A program made the translations under genes and the position numbers. A stretch of 56,378 nucleotides of DNA from contig ML996698.1 of assembly GCA_010356995.1 (NCBI GenBank), positions 62,001 to 118,378 of the forward strand, given 5' to 3'. This document shows positions 25,529 through 36,569 of this stretch, piece by piece. This DNA is from Trichodelitschia bisporula. Its lineage: Eukaryota. Below the pieces are notes generated by a model that saw only the letters and a program-made list of their open reading frames with translations, searched no databases and was not told the origin of the DNA. How positions within the stretch are numbered: position 1 is the first letter of the stretch; each line of letters opens with the position of its first letter.

Positions 25529-26916
25529 AACCTGGTCATAGGAGCTCATCGCCGTTCAATGGTGCCCATCCGACTTTCACATAGGGTCAGTCTAAGCCAC
25601 GAGTGTCACACGTAGGGTGCTCGTTGAGCCTGCGGCGATGTACACCATAACCTAAGGATGGATCATCGGGTTGACCCTCGAACCCGGACTCCGAAAAAGC
25701 GGAGAGCTGAGGAGGGGCAGAGGAACTTGATTGGCAAGCGAAACTGTCCCATAACACAATAAAACGCGCATTCTGGAATGGGCAGACTGGAAGCCCTGCG
25801 TATAGGTATGGTCCGGGTCAGTGCGATGTAGATCAGTTACTGTTGATAATGAGAGGGCTGGGCACGGCTCCTCATACTTAGATCAATACGTGACGATCGA
25901 CAAAACTGTCCGGGAAGCGGGCACCTCCACCTAGTGAGATAGAAATTTGAGTATCGGTCATGCTCACGCTGGGCATGGGGAGCCGAAGGCAGTTGTACGG
26001 ATGGGAAAATCTGTGCTTCGCTGTCGCTTTCAATCAGGCGCTTGCAATACGGATGTAGAACACCTACACAGTACTAAGCATCCAACGTATCCCAATTTCC
26101 GGGCGGCCAAGCACTGTCAACGCATACCTCTCACTGACCTTCCGTGCCGATGCCCTCATTGCGATCCCACGAGACATCCCGAGGCGGCAAAGCACCAAAC
26201 CAAATACCTATCCCAGCAGCCATCCAGTGCGCCATCGTCCCAAGCATCAGCAACCAGACTTGAAGTCCAGTCGAGCCCATCATCCTCCTCGCATTCATGA
26301 CGCCGCGTCTCGCCTCAAGCATTCAGTCATCCTCCGCCTCCGTCCACTCCACGCCATCCAAGTTCAAACCCCCGCTCCGCTTCCCACACCCTCAGAGCAC
26401 AGATGATACGCTCCGCAGCAAAGTACCCGCAAAGCGTATCCCCTCTTCAACTCGCAGCCTCGCGCCCCCTCCCTCCATCAGCCGCGCCGCATACGGCCCC
26501 TCCAGCGCAGGCGGGGAAAGTCAGGGATGCTTTGCCGGGGCGATTAGAAATAGTTGGCATTGTCTGGCTGACAGATGCGTATGTAGATGCATAGACGTAT
26601 CGCTCGCTGTTGTTTTGGCGAGGCTGCGCTTGGTGTCTTGGGCGGTCACCCGGCACTGGCGAGGATCCCCCATGGGTCTGTTCCTAGCTCAATAAGGGTA
26701 ATACTTATTTCTTTACCGCATGGGTAGAGCTTCCTGGATGCTGGGGAAAGTCTTATAATTAGTAGCCGAGGTTTGCATGTCGAAGGATGCGATTGTGCGT
26801 TTCAGGTGCTCCGGGTTGTGGGAGGGATATATCAGGGTGCCCTGCTGCCTCAACTTCATCACATCCGTTACTGTGACCACACTCCACATCGCACATCGAC
26901 CGCCCTTTCCGCAACC

Positions 26917-27295
26917 ATGCTCCCACCAGATCTCAAACAAAGGTTTCTCGGCTTATACGCCTTCTGCTCTCAAACCCTGAAAACGAGAGTCAGCGCCGAA
27001 GGATTATTCCCATTCGACTTTGAGCTCGAGACCGAGGAAGTCTACACCCTGCTCTTGGATTTCTTCACCGACTTAAAGGAGTGGGAAAAGACCGACGGTA
27101 AGTTGGAGAAGTTTTGCCATGGGGATTTGTGGTGGTGAGCGGAATATGCTAGTTCTAGATGTCTGTATACTTATACCCGGAGGCTGGCGGAGCGGGGCGG
27201 GGTGTCTGCCGCAGGAACGGCTCTGGACGGCGGGGCTTGTGCATCTTGAATGGCAGATGCAGAAGGTTAAGAAGGACCTTGAGGGTGAAAAATAG
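26917..27295 (+). pseudogene. Small unknown protein family, copy 1 (premature TGA and frameshift)
   Basis: MLPPDLKQRFLGLYAFCSQTL...FDFELETEEVYTLLLDFFTDLKEWEK...KFCHGDLWW* stops at 27138, where the paralogues have ARC. Similarity continues afterwards (LYTYTRRL; shifted frame WTAGLVHLEWQMQKVKKDLEGEK* at 27295). Confidence 0.75.
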
Positions 27296-27520
27296 GTCGG
27301 TTGGCTATTCCCCTATGTGAGTATACTCTTACACTGAGTGTAGGGGCGAGTCTGTATTCTTTTGGCTGAGTGGGGAGAGTCTTGTGCCTGTGAGGCTGAG
27401 GGGAGAGTCCGGGCGGGGCGGAGGTGCGGGGTTAGGGTTATGGATGGGATGCTCTGCTGCCTGAGCCTCATCGACACTCGACAACCACACTATCGCAAAT
27501 CGGCCATCCTCATCCCAATC

Positions 27521-27913
27521 ATGCTACCAGAGGATCTTAAATATCAGTTTTTAAGCGTAACTGTCTCCTGTTATGACATCCTGAACCCGATATGCAAGAT
27601 GGCACTCGCATGCGAGCCAGTGGAACCATATGACTTCAAGCTTGAGGCGGAGGAAGTTTTTACAATGATCTCCGACCTCGTATCTGATTTCAACGAACGG
27701 CAAAAGACAGCTACCGAGAAGCTTTGCGATAGCGATCTTGCCCGATGTTTAAAGGCCGCCGAAGATTTCTACACTTATACTACGTCTCTAGACAGAAGTC
27801 ATTCGTCTGAGTCGACGCAGAAGACCAAATGGATCCGAAAGCTTCTTACCGCTCGGGTTGAATTTGCGATAGTCCGCGTAGAGCTCACAGACTACAGCGA
27901 ACGAGGTAAATAA
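27521..27913 (+). CDS. Small unknown protein family, copy 2 (intact, 130 aa if unspliced)
   Basis: MLPEDLKYQFLSVTVSCYDILNPI...YDFKLEAEEVFTMISDLVSDFNERQKTATEKLCDSDLARCLKAAEDFYTYT; aligns with four neighbouring copies. Confidence 0.75.
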   Translation: MLPEDLKYQFLSVTVSCYDILNPICKMALACEPVEPYDFKLEAEEVFTMISDLVSDFNERQKTATEKLCDSDLARCLKAAEDFYTYTTSLDRSHSSESTQKTKWIRKLLTARVEFAIVRVELTDYSERGK

Positions 27914-29224
27914 CTAATCCCTAAACGAGCTTCTTCTTATACTTCGCGCAGAAGATAGAGTGCCTCATTTGGCTGAGTGGGAGGAGTCTCGTGCCTCTAA
28001 GGCTGAGGGGAGAGGGCGTGGAGAACATGGAGAGAGGGTCCTAGAGCAGTGATACTGGAGATGAGTGTGGGATTAGGGTGGAGAAGGCAATGAAGGACGA
28101 TTTGAGCTTCTTTGACAGGGTTCCCTACATCTGGTATATGCGGAATACTCGCGGCAGGATTCGCGTGGCCTCCTAGCATGGCTGATAGTTGGCGCTCGTC
28201 GCTTGGATCCAATGTCTTCTACATCGGCATCAATGCAGGTTGCTAACTCCTGGGAACTGTACATATGTGACTTCTATTCGGGCATTGAAGGCGATGCATC
28301 TGTTATGTATTGGGGGGGGATGGTGGGAGCTGGGAGGGAAGACTTAATGACTGAGGGTTGCATATTAAGGATGTAGGTGTATTGATCGCTACTGTTTTGG
28401 CGAGACTGTGCTTGGGTGTTTTGGGCGGTTGCCCGGCGATCGCGAGAATCCCCGCATTCGGCCCGCAAGGAACTACCCGTATCTGAAAAGGTTGTAGCCG
28501 CTCCGACCCGCAAAGGCGGCCCAGACAGGCAGCCACGACTTTTTCGAATAACACTTGATCCACCCCTGGCTCTCTGTCGTCTTGCAGCCCACTTTCAGGG
28601 GCGCACAAATCACTGGTTGCACAGCATTGGTTGTGGAATAACATTCATTGACAGCTTGAAGAAGTATGTAAGGGTTTCGCGTGTGAATGTGGAGTGTGGG
28701 GGAGCTGGGGGTGTTAGCGCACAGGCCAGCGCCAAGTCCTTATCCCTGCAAGTCCAGCCGGGCTGGAATTGCAGGGATCAGGCATCAAGTTTACAGAGTC
28801 ACGTGACCCACATAGGGCATGTGGCGATTTGACATGGGAGAGATGGTATCCTCCTATGACACCCACCTAGGGCGTGGGGAGAGAGAGAAGGAGGATGTGG
28901 GGTAACCATACGGTAGCTCGGACACCCCAGGCCTCACCTGCACCTACTCCGACAAGCTGTGCTGCCTAAGCCTCATCGCACCCGTACTCTAGCCATACTA
29001 CTGCGTACTGTGGTAGCCGGCCTACCTATACGGCCTGTTGGTTCAAGGTGATCCGTGGTGTGGTGTCGGCGTCAGCCAATCAAATCGACCATAGGATGTC
29101 CTGCCTCGCTGACACAAATGGGGCTCAGCAGCGCCACGAATGGACCTGCAGGCCATATACCAGGCTGAGTACCGCAGTACGGATGTATGTACACATCGCA
29201 CACCAGCCGCGCTCGTTGCGAACC

Positions 29225-29611
29225 ATGCTACCACCCGATCTTCAACAACAATATGTGGGCTTATATACTTCCTGCGATGAGATTCTGGATATATTATACG
29301 AAGATGTATAAGAGCCAGGGTGACACCCACGGGACTTTGTGCTCGAGACGGAGGAGGTTCTTACTATAATCTCCGACTTCGTGAACGATCTCAACGAACG
29401 GCAAAAGAGTACTACCAGAAAGCTCTGCGATTGCGATTTTGCACGGTGTGCGAAGGCGGCGGAGGATTGGCATGCTTATACTGTGGCTCTGGATAAGTCC
29501 GGGTTGAATGATTTGGGGTTAAGGCAGCGACCTAAGTGGGTGCGCCGGCTTTGTGGTGTTTGGTGGCAACTTTTGAGAATCACATGGGAGGTTGAGTTTG
29601 GTGGGAAATGA
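29225..29611 (+). pseudogene. Small unknown protein family, copy 3 (two in-frame stops)
   Basis: MLPPDLQQQYVGLYTSCDEILDILYEDV*EPG*HPRDFVLETEEVLTIISDFVNDLNERQKSTTRKLCDCDFARCAKAAEDWHAYT reads in a single frame with TAA and TGA interruptions. Confidence 0.8.
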
Positions 29612-29993
29612 GGTACGTACCTGATACCTGAATGAGCATCCTCTCATACTTTCCGCAGGTGATTGCACGTATCATTTTGGCTGGGTGGGAGGAGTGCTGT
29701 GCATAGGTGACTCTCTTCGGGCATTGGAAGCATGAAGGCGATGGATTTGTTATATGGGGGGGAAGGAGTGGTGGGTGCTGGGAGGGGACGTCTTAGAACT
29801 GCGGATGTAGTGGTTGAGGTTTGCGCGTTAAGGATGGATGAGCGGCAGGGAGGTAATCGTGGTGATGCGGGGTTGTGGGGAGGGTTAAGGATGCATGGGT
29901 GCTCTGCTGCCTGAGCCTCATCGGCCCGATCATTACTACACTTCATATCGCACATTAGAACTAGTCATCCTCATCGCAATCATGATCTCAATC

Positions 29994-30362
29994 ATGCCAG
30001 CACCCACTCTTAGACAAGACATTCTGGACCTATATGATTCCTGCAGAGAGATTCTGGACCCAATAGCCAACGACGTGTCAAAAGGACAGCCGCCCTACAA
30101 GTTTGAACTCGAGCTCGCGGAGGTTTCAACCTTACTCTTCGATTTCCTAGTCGATTTTAAAGATCGGAAAGAGGTCGCTGCTAAGAAAATTTGCAAAACC
30201 GACGTAGCCCGATGTGCGTACAGCGCCGATGTACTCCGCAATTATACCGGGTTTCTACGCAGACGCGCGGGTCGTCCGTATACGCCAGAGCAGCTACAGA
30301 GGTGGAAGAGCCTGCTTGATTCTCTTTTGGCATATCTTTGCCAAATCAAGTCACTACAGTGA
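29994..30362 (+). CDS. Small unknown protein family, copy 4 (intact, 122 aa)
   Basis: MPAPTLRQDILDLYDSCREILDPIANDVSKGQPPYKFELELAEVSTLLFDFLVDFKDRKEVAAKKICKTDVARCAYSADVLRNYT...LCQIKSLQ*. Confidence 0.75.
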   Translation: MPAPTLRQDILDLYDSCREILDPIANDVSKGQPPYKFELELAEVSTLLFDFLVDFKDRKEVAAKKICKTDVARCAYSADVLRNYTGFLRRRAGRPYTPEQLQRWKSLLDSLLAYLCQIKSLQ

Positions 30363-30677
30363 ACTCCACTCAAGAGAGAGGGTAAGTGGGCACTCCCTAA
30401 ATGAGCATGAGCATCTCCTCACTTACTTCCAGCAGGCGATCGTGCGCATTCTTTTGGCCGAGTGGGAGGAGTGTTGTGACTTTGAAGGAGAGTCCGCGTG
30501 GGAGGGGGGAAGCATAGTGGGATAGGTTTGCGTGACAAGGATGTGGGTATGTGGGGTATGCGCCAGTAGTGATGTGGGGATGAGGAGGAGCGGGGGTGTT
30601 CTGCTGCCTAAGCCTCATCGGCCCGATACTTCATATCACACATTAGAACTAGTCGTCCTCAGCAGTAATTCTCAACC

Positions 30678-31053
30678 ATGTCAGTACGGAATCTTAAAGA
30701 AGAGATTCTGGACTTACATGCTTCCTGCGTTGAGATTATGAACCAGATAGCCGAGAGCGTGCAAAAAGGAGAGCCGCCAAACAAGTTTGAGCTCGAGACC
30801 GCAGAAGTTCACACCTTACTCTGCGATTTCGTAAGCGAATTCAACAACCGGAAAGAGATCGCCGCCAAAAAGATTTGCAACAACGACTTAGTCACGTTGT
30901 ATGGAGGTGGCCGAATATCTTCACACTTTTACCGAGTTTCTGGACAAACGCGAAGGGGGCCCCCTTTCATGTACACCGGAGGAGCTACAGACGAGGAAGG
31001 ACCTATTTACCAGTCTTTCGGGGGGTCTTCGCTTTATCAAGTTATCACAGTAA
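30678..31053 (+). pseudogene. Small unknown protein family, copy 5 (single frameshift near 30892)
   Basis: MSVRNLKEEILDLHASCVEIMNQIAESVQKGEPPNKFELETAEVHTLLCDFVSEFNNRKEIAAKKICNNDLV, then the +1 frame RCMEVAEYLHTFTEFLDKR...TPEELQTRKDLF...LRFIKLSQ*, which is colinear with copy 4. Confidence 0.78.
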
Positions 31054-32770
31054 ACCCCACTTAAGAGAGAAGGTAAGTGGCTAATCCCTACATGAGCATG
31101 AGCATCCCCTCACACTACCTCAAGCAGGGGATAATGCGTATTCTTGGGCTGAGTGGGAGGAGTGTTAGTCTTCGAGGTTGAGGGGAGAGTGCGGCGGGGG
31201 GTGTGGCGAGAAAGTCTTTGGGCGGGCACAGCGGAGATGAGCGCAGGATTGGGGCGGAGGGGGTTGTGACGGAGAACTAAAGGTGTAAGTTGGCTGGGAC
31301 AAAAGGCTCCAGACGCGCGGATTCTCCGCTTCGGCGTTTGCTCTCTGGTTCCGAGATCCGGTTTTCGGCTTCTTTGCCCGGGCTTGAAGGTATCCGAAGC
31401 CGGAGGTACACGGTAATGGAACGGAGTTCAGGCGTCCTCGTGCTTTCGGCGCTTGCGTGGTCGGGAAGCTTTACACCCCTGGCAATGTGCCTGGGCGGGG
31501 AGTCGGTTGGCTGCGGCCGTCGGCACGTCGGAGGCGTAGTGAAGGTGCCGGGTTTCGGGATGCCGACATCGCCGAGCCGCATCCCGAGTTTAATTTATGG
31601 GAGACACCACCGTCGATACCGACGGGAAAACAAACTGGACGTTTATTCTACTGGCATATATACTACGCATGCCCCGCGGTCACAACCATGTTGCTAACAG
31701 CGTGATCGGAGGAGTTCCAGCTCAGTAATTGCGGGCCACGGGACGGACGACCCTGGTGGGGCCTGGGGTTCAAAGCCAGACGGAGGATATGCGTCTCTTG
31801 GACCATGACCATACAGAGGCTGATGGTTCTAGGACCTGGATAGAGAAAAGGTTGCTTCTATCTTTAACGGCGATGCGTGTATTCCGACAGTCAGCTTGAC
31901 CAGCCAGTCCACGAGCAAGAGGGCGACCGCCAAAACCTCTCAGATTGCACGGTGGGACCGTGCTTCGAGTGAACTCGAACTTTCATTCCACCCTTAAGGT
32001 TCATAATGGGACCACTTCACTGCACCATGCAGAGGATGACGCATCTCGTTCCCAATTCCGCGCCCGTCGGCGGCAGAGTCGGGCCCAAGGGTAAGTTGAG
32101 CGTCACTGCTGCCCGGCGGATGCGTATTGCATGGCGACTGGGTACTCCACGCGGGAGAGGGCCAGGCCGCAGCGGCGAGCAATCGGGGTGATGACATTAC
32201 GACGGGGGAGGAGTACAGCGAAGCTCCGGGTCTCCATTTCCATCAACAAGACCGATCTGAGGAACTGATATGGTTCCGTGAGACCGGCAACCGGGATGGC
32301 CTAGACGCGGCTGGTACGCTTGCCACGATTTCATCAGGGATTCCACCTGGCTGACCTGTTGCCGGTGCTGTACTGGCATGGGCTGCAGATGTGAGCCAGT
32401 GCTTCTAGTTTCCCTTGGAGTCGCTTACTCCCCTCCGTTGTTCAGTGCGACCTCGCCTCGTGCCCGTTCCCAAGCTCTCTGAATCATGGATCCCGTCGCT
32501 TTATAGCATGTCCGCTTTCCATGGTTCGACAGCTCACCGCAGTCATCCTCCCCCCCAATGACGACACTCTCTGCGTCACTCCCACGTGGCAGTCCACGCG
32601 GCCCTACGGCTATCAATGAAGAAGTTCGAGAATCTAGTAAAGTCAGTCGGAGTCCCCCATCTCCGCCACGGCTTGGCTTTGGCATATATACTTCCCCAAG
32701 ACGCAGACATCTCCCAGGATTTCCTCCAACACCATGCGCACCTCACACCTCACCACCACCCCCCATCACA

Positions 32771-35700
32771 ATGTCTGACCCCTCCTTACCCCGCTGCTAC
32801 TGCCCAAATAGGTATGAGTCCGGCGTTGGGCTCGACCCAATAACACACGACGACACAACCATGTTTCCGAACTACGACTCCGCGGACTTAGCTTGTCGCC
32901 ATCAAATATGCTGCTACCTCAACATCTTGAGCGGAAGGGGCGTCCACCGCGCTCTAGAGGCACCCGTCTACAGCGCCTCGCAGACCCCCCTCGGCATTGC
33001 GGTCGGTGACGATGACGATGACGAGGACGAAAAGGGCGAAGACGACGAAGAGGACGACGACGTCGAGTACAGTGACGAGCCGTACGGCAACTATTACATC
33101 GACTCAGAAGGCGATGTCGAGATCAAGTTGTTCGGCTCCAATCGCGGGCTGCTCGGCTCCAATTCCGCGTTGCTCGGCTATAATCACGGGTTTTACAGCT
33201 CCAATCCCGCGTTGTTCGGCTTCATTTCCGCGCCATTCGACTCCAATCCCGCGTTGTACGAACCCGATATCGACTCTCCCCTGGAGCAGATGGCTGCAGA
33301 TATCCAGTCCCGCAAAGAAGACGCTAAATCCACCGGAAAAACTGGTATAGAACCGGGGTAAGCCTCTAGACGCGCAATCCCGCGGACGTCTGAAATAACC
33401 GATAGATTTGGCTGACAGAATTGCTTGTAGACACGAAGCCGGGCGGGCCGAGCGGGAAGAGTCCAATGCTGAGCTCGAGCGTGTCGACTACAATTCAACG
33501 AGCGATGCCGACCCCACATCATTCGGCTCCGAGCCTAGCATGGAGCGCGCCAGGTTCGCCAACCTAATACAGCAGCTGGACGCCACAATTGACCGCTGTA
33601 AAGCTTGCGCCGCAACACGCATCCGCCGCTCCAGCTTAGTTGACCGTCCTATCTTCAAGCAGATACTTGCGGACATCGACGACATCGACGTGGAATCCCC
33701 CGATGAAAATGAAATAGAAGAAGGGTATGCCTCCCGGCCCGTAGTCCGGCAGACGTGCGGAATACCCGGCAGGTTTGGCTGACAAGATTGCTTGTAGCTT
33801 CGAAGCCTGGTGGGCTGAGCGGGAAGAGTCTAATGACGAACCCGAGCGTGTCGATCACAATTCCACGAGTGATGGCGAGCCCACGTTGTTGGACTTCGAT
33901 TCCAGCACGGATCTCATCTCGCGCGCCCACGACGACCACGATGACCACGGTAACGACGAAAACAATGAGAACGACGATGTCGAGTCCGATGACGATTCCG
34001 ACCGCAGCGAGTACAGGCTCACGTTGTTCGGCCCCGATCGCGGCACGCCTATCACCCCGGGCGCCGACGATGACGAGCCCAAATTCAGTTTTATGGACTT
34101 CTACAGCGACATCGAGTCCTGGTTGCGCAACCTCGATCCCACCGCGGATCCCGCCTCGCGCGCTGGCCGACGCCGACTGCTGGCCGCCATCCGCGACCAG
34201 CTCTACAAGGAATACGGCCCGCACAAGGGCCATCCTTTGGACTCATTTGCCCACACGGATCCCAGCCCGAACGCCTGCCAACGCCGGGACGCCATCGGTT
34301 ATCTGTTCAGCAGGGACGCCGACGAGTTGAGGTGGGAGCGCGACCTCATCGATCGTGATATTATGAGCGAGGTCGAGCTTGCCGAACGTCGTCGATGGGA
34401 GGACGGCTGCCGCCCAGCTATCCTCGCCATGACTGTCGGCTTCACCGATCGCCCTGAGGGACCCGACCCCGGCGCCTGCGAAACACCCCACTCTCCCTTC
34501 GAGCAGATAGGTCCAGACAGCCAAATCCGCGAACCAGACGCGGAACCCATCTCCGAAACAGGAACAGAACAGGGGTATGTCTCCAGACCCGTAGCCCTGC
34601 GGACGTGGCGGAAAAGCCGGCAGATTTGACTGACAAAACTGCTTGTAGATACGAAGCCGGGTACAAAGCCGGATACGAAGCCGGGTACGAAGTCGGGCGG
34701 ACCAAGCGGGAAGAGTCGAATAATGAGCCCGAGCGCATCGATCACAATTCAACAAGCGATGGCGAGCTCACGCCGTTTGTCTTCGATCCCAGCATGGATC
34801 TCACCTCACGAGCCAGCCAACTTCGACTGTTGGAGGTCATCCTTGACCAGCTCGACATATATGACCGCTCCAGCGAAGCCGAGCGGGTCGAGCGGGAAAA
34901 GTCTAACGATGAGCCCAAGCGCATCGATCACAGTTCAACGAGCGATGACGAGCTCCCGTTGTCCGGCTCCGACACCGGCACGGATATCACCCCGCGCGCC
35001 AGCCAACTTCGACTGCTGTACGCCATGATTAAGGGCTTCAGCACTCGCCGGGTGGCACCGGTCCCCCCCTCCCGCCCAGTCAGCCATCGTACGGTCGGCG
35101 AGCAAATGGCTGAAGACACTCAAACCCGCGAAGGAGGCGCGGGACCCACCGGTGAAACAGGAAAAATGGGGTACGCCTCCAAACCCGTAGTCCTACAGAC
35201 GTGCGAAATAACCGGCAGATTGGGCTGACATAATTGCTTGTAGATCCGCAGCCAAGCGGGCCGGGCGGGAAGAGCCGAATAATAAGCCAGAGCGCATTGA
35301 TGACCATCTAACGAGCGATGGCGAGCTCCCGTTGTCCGGCTCTAACACCAGCACGGATATCACTTCGCGCGCCTTCCAACATCAACTGCTAGACGCCAGG
35401 ATTAAGTGCATTAACACTCGCCGGGCGGCACCTGTCACCCCCTCCCGCCGAGTCAACCATCGTACCATCGGCGAGCAAGTAGCTGAAGACATCCAAGCCC
35501 ACGAAGGAGGCGCGGGACCCACCCGTACAATAGGAGAAATAGGGTACGCCCCCAAACCCATAGTCCTGCAGACGTGCGAAGTAACCGGCATATTTGGCTG
35601 ACAAAATTGCTTGTAGATCCGCAGCCGAGCGGGCCGAGCTAGAAGAGTCTAATAACGAGCCCGAGGGCATCGATCAGGACTCAGCGAGCGATGATGAGCT

Positions 35701-36141
35701 CCAGCCGTTCGTCCTCAATCCTAGTATAGATCCAACCTCGCCCGCCAACGAAATTCGAGTGCTGAACGCCATGATTGACCGCTGCAGCGCTCTCTCCGCA
35801 GCACTCAACCGCAGCTGCGGCGCAGGCGACCTCCGGACCTTTAGTCGGATAATTGAAGCCATGCCCCCCGTTCCCGAAGTAGACTTGGAATCCATCCATG
35901 GAATAGGACTACCGCTTGAGTATGCCTCCAGACCCCGTAGTCCCGCAGACATGCGGAACAACTGGCAGATTTGGTTAACAAATTTGCTTCTAGAGACGAA
36001 GCCGGGCGGGCCGAGCGGGAAAAATTGCGTGCGAAGGCCCGGGCGGAATGGTCCCCCCCAGACCCGCCGAGCACGGAATACTTAAGACAACTGCAAGCGG
36101 CCTTGACTAGTTTGAGGGAGAGTACTGAAAGGCGGCCATGA
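32771..36141 (+). CDS. Hypothetical 976-aa acidic, internally repetitive protein; 7 exons separated by six homologous phase-2 introns
   Basis: Introns at 33358-33430, 33725-33797, 34575-34648, 35171-35243, 35544-35616 and 35920-35993 (73-74 nt, GTA(T/C/A)G...RYTRAC...TGCTT(G/C)TAG). Removing them gives an open frame of 2931 nt from ATG 32771 to TGA 36141. Confidence 0.78.
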
Positions 36142-36569
36142 GGGAATTGATGGAGGAATTCATGCCATCCTACGTTGGCGTGCTGCAACATGGAGGCGAG
36201 AAATGATGCTTGAGTAAGAGTTGTAGGAGCTGTTATATCCAGACTGAGCGAAGGGTTGGGACTTGCTGGTATTCATGTATGGAGTGTTGTCGTGATTACC
36301 GTGGCCTTGCCCCGCAGTTGTGGCGCCCCGCACGACCGCTTGCCGATCTCCCGCCCGGGCCGTGCGGGACTCCACTGGGGCTAGTGCAACACCAAATTCA
36401 GTCCGTGCAAAAGAAGCTCGAAGATCATGAACCTAATCTGTCATAAATCCACGCCTGCAATGTATAAAACAGTGACCCACCCCCACCAACACCCGTCCCT
36501 CCTAGCAAACAAATGGTATCCCAGAACGCCCGCCCACCCAGGTCCTCAAAGACTCCACCAACTCTTACT

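Noticed and set aside
31277..32400. Short ORFs between the array and the modular gene
   Set aside because: No similarity to either neighbour and no convincing gene structure.
33358..35993. Six regularly recurring elements as a CRISPR array or inserted transposons
   Set aside because: The context is eukaryotic, the elements carry splice signals, and the flanking exon sequence is also homologous. Cassette duplication explains them better. No TIRs, target-site duplications or cas genes were seen.
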